A stretch of DNA of 60,062 nt, filler included, from Dugesia japonica (taxonomy: Eukaryota): the NCBI GenBank assembly GCA_001938525.1. It is 6 parts of 6 records of this genome, joined end to end, with 100 filler letters (N's around TTAATTAATTAA, not from the genome) between each part and the next. Parts side by side here need not be neighbours in the genome. Positions count along the whole stretch, not along the records: positions 49,789 to 60,062 come from MQRL01589879.1; 5 more parts are not named here. One strand, given 5' to 3'. Within the stretch, counting starts at the first letter, position 1, and each line of letters opens with the position of its first letter. Made by a program: the position numbers and the translations under genes. Below the pieces are notes generated by a model, which was given only the letters and a program-made list of their open reading frames with translations, had not been told where the DNA came from and ran no database searches. Shown here piece by piece: positions 49,789 to 60,062 of the stretch.

Positions 49789-50989
49789 ACTAATAAACTG
49801 AGAATAATTCGATATTATTCCATAATAATTAATTTATTCAATCAATATTATACAAAATATTTGCAATATTTTCAATAATCAATTACAAATTATATCCAAA
49901 TTTTTAATACTTAATAAAAAATTTGTAATATAAATTTAATTTACCAAGCACAATTTTAATTATTTATTTAAAACTTTGTTTAAAATTATTGTATTTTCAA
50001 TTAAATTCAAGTTTTATATACTTTTTCAGTTAATTATTTGAAAATTATTTAATTTATCATACTTAATTTATCCAATTAATATATGGGTTATTTTCAGTAA
50101 TTGTTTAGAAATTATTTCAATAAATAAAAAAATTATTATAAATTAAAGATTAAATGAGATTTTGTACGATAAAAATAGAACATGAATACATGAAATCCAA
50201 TTAAATTTCAAAATTACAATTAAAAATATAGAACAGGCTAAATAATTAAATATTAATTAAACAGTACATTACCACTGGTGAAGAGTGAAGACCTGCAAAA
50301 GGTCGATTAAACCCAGTGAGAGAATAGACTAGTATTCAGTAAGAAGATCATTGATGACATAAATATAGCGGGCAAAACGTTAATCAATGAAGACAAGTGA
50401 AGAGTGGGAAAACCAATAAGTTAGAGAAAAGATCAACGAAGAGTAAAAATTCTTCCAAATTCATCTAAAAACCATTCAGAAATATACAGAATTTAGTAAA
50501 TTATTAGATTTTTTTTATATTCCTCGAGTTAGAATCCCAAATTAAATACTTGATTTTTCTATAACATTTTATTTTAAGATTTTAGGTTTACATATATAGA
50601 ACCAGTGTAAAATTTTCTATCGAATAGACTGGATTATAATTAAATTTGAAATAATTTTTATTTTTAATTAATTAGTGAGAATTAAAAACTTAACATTTTT
50701 CAAAGAAATTTTATTTGACAAGTTTTAGCTTACAAGATTTGGTGATTTTTAACAAGGTCAGTCATGATCAGCGTAAATTCACTATCGAATAGACTAGTTT
50801 ATAATTACATATGAGAACAAAGTCTTTTTCGAATAAATTATTTTTAGCTAAAAATAATCCGGAGGTTGTTCTGAATCAATTGATGTCGAAATCTAGATAA
50901 AAAAATTTTCGAAATTTGGGATGTTCGATAATCCGGGTGAACACCCGGATTCCATAAAAATTTTATTTAGAAAATTTCAAATTTTCATA

Positions 50990-52200
50990 TTATTTAAACG
51001 ACATTGGTTGTTTACCCGAGTTTCCAAAAAAAATCCCATAAGAAATTTTTAAAACGTTTTGAAATTTAAACAAATTTTATTTTCCTAATGAACTTCAGTA
51101 AAAATTCAACCCATATAGAATATCTGTATGTTCTTTGTATATTTCAAAGAAGTCACTTACAATATTAATGACATTTTCAGGTCCTTCAATGGGAATTGAT
51201 CAATATAAATTTGTTGCATCTAATGAACCAAATTCATCATCACTATTCCACTTATAATTANTAATTTTTTCGATAAAGTCATAATTATTCTTTAAATGTA
51301 CCAAAATGGAACTTAATAGTGATTTCAATATATCTACTAAAAGTTGGCATAATGCTGTAGAAGGCGTGTCAGAAGCGTTTACAATGTCTTTCTTTCATTG
51401 TTTCTTTGTGATATTTAGGAACACAGTACATCGAGTATGGAACTGGTTCATGACATATAACTGATGAAAGTAGAGATTTTATTGGGTTTTCCTATTTTCT
51501 CGCTATTTGGATTAAATTTTTGTTGAATTTAATTTCTTCTGTAGTTGGTAGTCTTTTATAAGCTATTATTTCATAATTATTTAAATTTTCAGTAAAAAAT
51601 TCATTGTATGTTAGTTCAGATAGAGCTACCAATTAATTTTTTTATCTGTTGGTCAGAGGCGTAGCTAGTGTGTTTGGCGCCCGGATACAAAATTCATATT
51701 TTGCGCCCCCACTGAAAAATTAAGATTCATCCAATGTAACAGAAACATTAAATTCACACAATAAGATTGATAGTGCATAACAAAAAGAAGACTGTGTGAG
51801 AGCAACGAACCTTCAATCTTGATAGATATCATATTAGAACGATACAAAAATACAAGACAAATATTTCAAACCCCATTTTGGCGCCCGGGACACTTCTCCC
51901 CGCCTGTTGGTGTAATGATAATTGATTTTAAAAATTTAATTTCTTTGATAATTTGATTTTCATTACTTTTTTTATTGTTATTCTTGTGTTTAAATGTTTG
52001 TAATAGTTTAAAGTGAAGGTACTCAATTTAATCTATTCTTTAAATTATTCTTTTGATTAATTATCAATGAATTATTATAATTATCTAAATTCTTTGATTA
52101 CTATTATCATGGATAAATTATTCATTTAATTAATAATATTATTATACTTTAATTTAATATTTCAATTAATTTAATACGTTTTAGAAAGCCTCCACAATTT
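50990..52200 (-). mobile_element. Penelope-like retroelement RT remnant
   Basis: IITPTDK, IVNASDTPSTAL..LL, LVSLDATNLY*SIP, YTKNIQIFYMG. Confidence 0.7.
51654..51903. mobile_element. hAT-type MITE with 8-bp target-site duplication
   Basis: Starts CAGAGGCGTAGCTAG, GGCGCCC subterminal motifs; TSD CTGTTGGT at 51646-51653 and 51904-51911. Confidence 0.8.
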
Positions 52201-54360
52201 GTTAGAGTTATTTAATACATTTCTAGTTTGAAATAACTTTATCTTTTTATTTAATTATACACTTTGTTTGTTATTATTTTAATGTTCCTCGAAGGTGACT
52301 CCACTATTAAGTACATGTTTTCGACATAAATTAATATCTATAAGGTTTGACGATTTTAAGTTAACATATTTATATGTTATTTATATATGAATATAAATAT
52401 ATATTTGGAATCACTGTAAAATATATACTTTGTCAACTAATTTTAAGAATAAAAACTTTTTTCAAAAAAATTCATGTTAAATATTATAAAAACCAAAATG
52501 ATCCCCGTAAAATTCTCAGCAATTTGGTAAAAATAATTTTGAAATAAGAGAATAAAAATTATTTTTGAAAATTTTGTAATAAAAAAAGGAGATCAAGAGT
52601 TAAAACATCTCATTTAAATAACACCAAATAAAATTCACTGTAAAAATCAATTAATAATCAATAAATAATTTCGGTATAAGTTTAATGAACATATTGAAAA
52701 ATAGATGAGTTCAAAAATTTAAGGTGCAAAAATAAATAATAATATTACATACTATTCAATAAAAACTGAAATTATTAATATTGCTATAATAAAAACTTGA
52801 TTAACTAACCCAGGAACTTACCAACAAATATTACAACCTGAACAATTGATAATAACTGAATTTCAGTAAATTTGACAAAACACTAAAACAAAACAATTAA
52901 TAAAAGCTAATAATTCATAAGTNTATTAGTNAAATAATAATTTATTCATTAATAAATAATCAATAATTAATTAATAAATGTTAAGCATTTTAGAATTATC
53001 AAATCCAATAAATATTAAATAGCAATATTTGAAGTATATAAAAATTTAAATTAAAAAATTACAAAATCAAATCAGAGCATTTAAAAATACTTTGTATAAC
53101 TATCGATATTTAGGTAAACTGAGAAAGAATTTTTTTTTNNNNNNNNNNNNNNNNNNNNNNNNNNNNNNNNNNNNNNNNNNNNNNNNNNNNNNNNNNNNNN
53201 NNNNNNNNNNNNNNNNNNNNNNNNNNNNNNNNNNNNNNNNNNNNNNNNNNNNTTGCTTAATAAATATATATTAAATTTTGTAGATTTCCAAAAAGAAAAC
53301 TCTGAAAACAATAAATGAAAGATGTTATTATATTTGGATTTTATACTAGTATCAAAATGTCATTTCAGTATTTTAATTTTTTGTTAAAAACTCCAATAGT
53401 TTTGAATTTATAAATAAATATTTTAAGATTTACTTAAATCAATATTTTGGAATAGTTTTTTTTAACGTTTTCGGTAGCAATAATAATTGGTAAAATTTTG
53501 ATAATTAATTAGTTACATTCCAATCTGCGTTTATATGAACTTTTCTTGGACTAAAAATTGATAAAAGTTAAATTGCTAAATTCTTGTTCGAATTTATATG
53601 AAATAATCTTACTATTATTTTGATTGCGAAATATGCTATGTACATGAAAAAATGTATGGAAAAGACAGAAACACAATGAAATATTGTAATTTTTTTTCTT
53701 TTGTAATATATAATTAAATGTTTGACTCTTATGATGGAATAGTTTGTGTTATCTACTTGAGTATATTTTTTGTTAAAAATTCTATTTCCTAAATGTTACG
53801 TGTTTCATCTATTTAGAAATTTGAAATGGTTTCATTTTGAAGTTGACTAATTTGTCTTTTATGATATGTTAAGTATTAAAAAAAAGTCTGTAATTCTTGG
53901 TAGAACTAATTTAACTGCTTAATTGATCAATTTCGTTATGAAAATATTTGTAATAGTAAAAATTAAAATTTTCCATCATTTTAAAGAGTATGATTGATCG
54001 AGACAGTTTACTGGTTAAATAAATTTAACATATAATCAATCAGAAATTGATTAATTGAAGCATAAATGGAGTTTACCGCTGAATCATCGCGAAAAAATGA
54101 AATTTTTCAGATATTATTGATCAAGAAATAAATTACATAATGTAATAACAATTATCGCATAATGTCCGATTGATTTTATATATTACGTAACCATTACATT
54201 ATCTAAAATTAAAAGATCATACCGATTAAATAATAAACTGTATGTTAAATACTGAAACACTTGATGTATTTGCTCCAGTATAAGGTCGGTTCCAGTGTTG
54301 GCATATCTCCTTACTGTTAGATTTAAGTTTAAAAAGGTACGAAATTAAATTGGCGATTGA

Positions 54361-55650
54361 TATTTGATCGATAATAACAGCTATAGAGGAGGGACCCTTA
54401 ACAGGCAAGCTCCATTCAAAGTCAAGATGATTGGAGCAATGAACTGGAGTTTAATTAATAGTATAAAAGATGAAAGTAAAAAGGAAAGAGTAGATAGGAA
54501 AGTATATGCGTTTTTAAAGAAAGATGACAGAGTTATGTATAAAACTAATATCAAGATAATGAAAGAAACGAGAAATGATGATAACAAAATAATGGTATTA
54601 GAAGAGAATGAACAAGTACAAATAAATTGATGGAATATAAGGTAGGCCCAGTGTGGGAGTTAGAATTCAAGGAAGATATATTGACTACCTTTTGGACACA
54701 GGTGCTCAGATAAATGTGATGAGCCTAAATATTTTTAGAGGTCTGACAAATATGTAGCTGATGACGTGTTCAATGTGTGAATAATAGCAGAATGAACATT
54801 GCCGGCAAGATATATGTAAAAGTGGAGATCGGAAACTGTAAGAAAACTGTACAATTCACCGTAGTGAAAGAAATGAATCCGAATCTTGTTGGAGGGATAG
54901 ATATGCAACGCCAGTTTGGATATCGTTTTAAGAAAGAAGCAAAGGATTAAGAGGATGAACAGTGGATCTGCAACACAGTTGCACGGTTTGGCCAGAAAAT
55001 TGAGTATGCTGACACAGAACTGGGAGCTTTAAGAATTTTGATGACAAAATCACATGAAAAACTGGACGAGGTAATATTACAACATTGAAGAGTATTCATG
55101 GCAGATAACTAAGATGTCGGGTGCATGATGTTGGTGGAACACAAGATAGTGACAAATGGTAATCTAATAAATACAAAGCCTTGAGACAACCAATGAATCT
55201 TGAAGAAAAAATAGAAGTGGCCATAAAAAATTTAGCGGACTCTAATATTATAAGAAAATGTGATTCGCAGTAAAAGAAAGAAAGAAAGAATTTCAAACTT
55301 TGCTTGGACTTCAGGAAACTGGACGTAGTTATGGAACGACAGGCCTTCTCGATTACAAACGTAGAAAAAATGTTAAAAAATTTTTATGGGGTCATATATT
55401 TCATTACCATAGACTTAGGAAACNNNNNNNNNNNNNNNNNNNNNNNNNNNNNNNNNNNNNNNNNNNNNNNNNNNNNNNNNNNNNNNNNNNNNNNNNNNNN
55501 NNNNNNNNNNNNNNNNNNNNNNNNNNATAGATTGGATAATGGTATTCTCAGAAGAACTAAAAAAGCAATATATAACTCTGTATCAGGTATTAGAGCGGAT
55601 CCGAAATGCAGGGTTACGAGTGAATCCAGAAAAATGTGCCTTTGTTGAGT
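54361..55650 (+). pseudogene. Gypsy gag-end / protease / RT fragment
   Basis: YLLDTGAQINVM, LCLDFRKL, FITIDLGN. Confidence 0.85.
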
Positions 55651-56548
55651 TAGTACACACGCAGATATACACACAAAAATATACACACACATGCAGATAT
55701 ATAAAATAAAGAGAATCAAGATCAAGAAGCCATCAAAAGAAGCAGATCAAAAGAGGTAGAAGATGTGAAGATGATCCTCAAATGTTATAACAGCAAATTA
55801 TCTGACATTGAATTATCTAATTATGTTTGACTTGTGAATTATTATAATTATCTGACATTGAATCATCTAATTGCGTTTGAATTGTGAATTTTTATTTAGT
55901 GAATTATTGTAAATTGTTTGTGAATTATTTGCTTTTGTTATAAATAGCTATATCATTCAAATTAAATAGCTATGTCATTCAAATGTTTGTATTATAAATA
56001 AGTCAATTCGGTAATAATTTATTATTAATATTCTATAAATATTTTGTGAATAATACTTTATTATTAATATTTTTATAAATAAATAATTTGTTATAGAAAA
56101 ATTCTATAAATATTTTTATGAAGAATAATTTGTTGTATTTTAAGAATGGATGTAGGAATGATTGATAGGTGTGTGTTCTAAAAATCAGTATAAATACTGA
56201 CGATAATTGTAAATTTTTCAGACATTCTTTGAACTAAGATAACCTATTTTTGTAATTGGCTTATCTTAGCTTCTATAACTTATTGCCTATAAGTATAAGA
56301 ATACAAATAAATAATTCAAAAGGTGTTGATTTATTTTTTATTGAATAAGACGAATACATCATATCAGTTATTTATAATTTCGATAACATATTTTTATATA
56401 CGTATTACNNNNNNNNNNNNNNNNNNNNNNNNNNNNNNNNNNNNNNNNNNNNNNNNNNAACTAATAAAATCAGTTACACATACAAGTAAAAGAACGAACC
56501 ATAAATATTTTTGTTGAGTTAAATACCCAACACCTTATTACGCAAATA

Positions 56549-56720
56549 TTAGGTTGTCACATATGAAATGTCCGATTACGTAATAGACAATAAAATCAAT
56601 AAAAGTNCAATTAAATCAAATTTTATTTAAGTAAAATAGTCTCTATCGGATTCTACACCTTTTTGCCATCTAGAAACTAGTTTCAAAATATCATTAGCAA
56701 AAAAACTTTTTCTCTGGAGT
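56549..56720 (-). mobile_element. Mariner 3' end with TIR
   Basis: TIR TTAGGTTGTCACATATGAAATGTCCGATT; minus strand reads FFANDILKLVSRWQK. Confidence 0.8.
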
Positions 56721-58490
56721 CTATGAATTCAGATATGGCCATTTTGACATCCTCCCGATCAGCAATGATTTGTTTAACCAAAAAATTATTAAAATGCTTA
56801 AAAAATGATAATCTGTGAATATGTAATTATTACAAGAGATCCATAAAGAATTATTCGAAGCAATGGCACTAAGGTAATATGGTGAGTGGAATGTAAGAAA
56901 GATATGGCAGAAATGAAACAAACACTGATAGAAACACCTATCCCAGGATTCCTTGATATAAATAAAACATTTAATTTAGATATTGACACTAGGTTCGACG
57001 CATTAGACGCGGTCTTATCACAAAATAATGATGATTGAAGAGAAACAATTATTGCTTACGACTCACATGCAATGACATCACAGGAGAAGGATTACTGTAT
57101 CACATTGAAGGAATTATTTATAATCTACTACTTCTACAACCCTTTTTAATATTATTTATATAGAAAAAAATTCATAACAAGGACAGATCACAATTTGTGA
57201 TTCACACAGCCATTGTATTCATGAAAAAGACGAACAAACCGATAACACCTAAGTTCATGACATGGATGAATTACCTTAGCAGCTTAGACATGGAACTAAC
57301 ATATTGACAAGGCGAGAAACACGCAAACGCAGATATGCTCTCAAGAATGAAATGTGGAACGTGCATTCAATGTCAAGTGCAACATGAAGATCCAAAGATG
57401 CGAAGATGAAAGAAGACAAAAAACCAGATGATAAAGATAAAGAGATGTTCATGGCATGAGAGAATAGAGGAAATTAAACTTATCAAACGAGATATTCAAG
57501 AAGGAAAGAATTCAAAGTATAAAGTCGAAAATAATATAATGAAATGAAATTATTTAAAATTTTGTATTTCAAAAGATATACGAATATCAATGATGAAAGA
57601 TATATATACATTATTAATACATACAAGAACAGAGAAAATGATCACCTACATAATCATGAACGACGACATGGAAAAACTGTAGAAGAGAATCACAGAAAAG
57701 ATAATACAGTGTGAGGCGTGCCAAAAACAAGGTTAATACTGTAGCAACAAATAAGAAAAATAAAATTAAGCGCAAATTGTCCATTTTAAAAGATAAATAT
57801 GGACATATGTGGGCCTTGGTGAGAGACTGTGAACTGCGGAATAATATACCTATACAATCGACATGTAAGCCTAACGGAAATCAGCAAGCCAGATAATGAG
57901 ACGGTTAAAAAAGTGATAGTGGAAAAATGAATTCTGAAATTTAAAGCACCATGAGAAGTCCATGTGGACAAAGGTTAAACATTTGAAATAAAAAACTTCA
58001 AGAATTAATCGACTCGGTGGATTTAGAAGTATAATTTTCAAGTCCATACTATCACAATACGAACGCGATTATAGAGAGACAATTCCGCACAATCATAGAC
58101 TGTATTAACGCAGCCGCAGATGAAGATAGAAGAAAGGATTAGAGTAACAGGGTACCAGAGATAGAATACATGATGAATGCAAGAAGAAAAAAGACATTAG
58201 ATATATCACCAGCAGAATTAATATTTGGTAGCAGAATTCACAGAAAACAATAGTTTGACAGCCAACGAGATGAAAAAGAGTCTATGGATGAAACACTTTC
58301 AAAAATACTATTCCAAGTGGGAGACAAAGTATTGATAAAACTAGAAACTAGAACAAAAGACAATGAAAGATACGCTGGCTCATAGAACACCACGGAGAAG
58401 TTACATGAGAGAAGATATCGTAAACAAAACGTAAATGGAAAATAGGTAGAAATAAACGTATAAAAGCTTAAAATACTTTTTTAATCGAAG
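56721..58490 (+). pseudogene. Gypsy RT connection-RNase H-integrase remnant
   Basis: LDIDT..AVLSQ, HANADMLSR, DICGP, SSPYYHNTNAIIERQFRT. Confidence 0.88.
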
Positions 58491-58999
58491 AGCATTGAAG
58501 GATTAAAATTTGAAAATTGCAATTGAAGGTTTGAAGAAAATGTTATAAAAAAGTTTAAGAATTTTTAAAAATGTTTAAGCTTTGTTGAAATATTCAGTAT
58601 ATAAAAAAAGATTTGAAAATTTGAAATTTCGTTTCATAAAAAAATTTTATTGAATTTAATGGACTTTTTGAAAAGTTTATCTGTAGCTAACAATCATAAA
58701 ATTAATTTTAATTCAATTAATATTTTATTACAAAACCATAGAAATTTATCATCATTATAATATGATTATTCCTATAAGAAAGAATTTATTAATGATCGGT
58801 CGTCGTGTTAATTTAATAAAATTTTATATTGAATTAATTTATTATAAATTGCATTATAAATTATAATTATAAATTAAGTACGAAATGGTAATATGCTATT
58901 AGTTTATCATAAAAATAAAAAAATAATCATACTTATGAATAAATTTATCAGTAATCAAGCAAAAAAAGTAATTGTTAAATGAGATTTGGATATTGAATG

Positions 59000-59560
59000 A
59001 GATGTTCTTTTGTTTGAATAATATGGACAGCGCTCAAGATGACGTCGACTTTTCGAAAAATTAAATTTGTCACTTCATTTTTGAAAACTTACCTCTGCTC
59101 GTGCACGTAAAGTTGAAAATATCATCATTCCTAATATCGTCACAGATCATGATTCTCTGGATCAAACAACTGGTAAAGAAAAATTGGATTTGGTTACCCC
59201 GNACAAAATGGCACATAACAAAATGGATTCCAAATTGAACATTATGAATTTTTCAAATTTCGTGTATTATTTTCGTAAAAACCACAGCAAAGGAAACAAC
59301 CACTGTTGCCAATCGCTTCTCTATTCAATGGTGGAAAACAAGATTTGTAAATATGATTTGAAATATAAATCTCGCGCCACAGAGTGCGACCAACAATGTA
59401 CTTGGCAAGCCGCTGATAACAACACATGGTCATGCTTTTCCCATCGAAAGTTCGGCGCCAAAGCTCGGAAATGCAATAAGAGATGCAATTTCTTGGTTAT
59501 GTCTGAAGAACAAAATGTAGACCTACGTAATCGTATTGATGTTTTTCGTAAAGAATTTCC
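59000..59560 (+). pseudogene. Gypsy gag fragment with CHCC knuckle
   Basis: CFSHRKFGAKARKCNKRCNF. Confidence 0.75.
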
Positions 59561-59669
59561 TTATTGTTTTTTTTGTAATGAAACTTTTAATTTTTTGATG
59601 TTAGTTTTATTAGAACTTTCAATTTATTTTATGTAAATAAATTAACTAACTTTAAAAAAGATCATATAG

Positions 59670-60062
59670 TGAAGTTCACATATGAAATGTCCGATTTTAT
59701 AATTCGTTTTTTAAACTAATATATTTTTATGCAATATTTAACATTTAGAACTTATTTATATATCATTTGGAAGGTGGAATTTTTAATTATCATTATATAA
59801 TATTTCTTTTAAAAATTTATTTATTTAAATTATTTTTAGACAGCATGGAACACAAGCTAAAAAATACGGAAATGCGAACATCATTTTTATATGAATGGAA
59901 ATTAAAGTATAACCCAACAGAAGCTGCTCGAAACATTAATTTTGCATTTAAAGAGGGTTGAGCTAATGAAAGAACTCTTCGGAGATGGTTCGACAAATTT
60001 CAAAAGGGTGATTTAACCCGAGTCAATATGGAAAGGGGGCGCCCCGGGGTTGTCATTAGCAA
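59670..60062 (+). mobile_element. Mariner 5' end: TIR and transposase HTH (runs off the window)
   Basis: TCACATATGAAATGTCCGATT; LYEWKL..TEAARNINFAF..ANERTLRRWFDKF..RGRP. Confidence 0.9.

Noticed and set aside
56549-59700. Two matching mariner TIRs enclosing Gypsy sequence as a composite transposon
   Set aside because: Both read in the same direction: one is the 3' end of a minus copy, the other the 5' end of a plus copy.

Overview
Very AT-rich, repeat-dense eukaryotic (metazoan) scaffold. The AT content, 38-48 nt introns, AAT microsatellites and TE repertoire would fit a planarian-like flatworm, but that is inference. The window is six contigs joined by artificial 100-bp spacers (44 N + TTAATTAATTAA + 44 N), so adjacency across spacers is not guaranteed. 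Host genes are four internal exons of a TTLL3/TTLL8-type tubulin glycylase (+) and two exons of an unidentified gene (-). The rest is mostly decayed mobile DNA. (1) An endogenous Polinton/Maverick (adintovirus-like) virus in two complementary halves (12.6-17.55 kb and 18.4-24.0 kb): major capsid, zinc finger-PLA2-integrase fusion, penton, adenain protease, fiber-like, 2-TM protein and zinc-finger pPolB N-half. (2) A Gypsy-integrase locus flanked by a chuvirus-like class III glycoprotein remnant and an FN3-like type I membrane protein (24.4-27.85 kb). (3) A 6.4-11.8 kb module with two convergent TATA promoters, short leader exons and an array of orphan antisense cassettes, each with its own splice acceptor and poly(A) signal, probably the accessory region of a giant LTR retroelement. 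(4) Several Ty3/Gypsy remnants, mariner fragments, a Penelope-like RT interrupted by a hAT-type MITE, and three long hairpins with hammerhead-like cores. All family assignments are motif recognition by eye; no database search was run.
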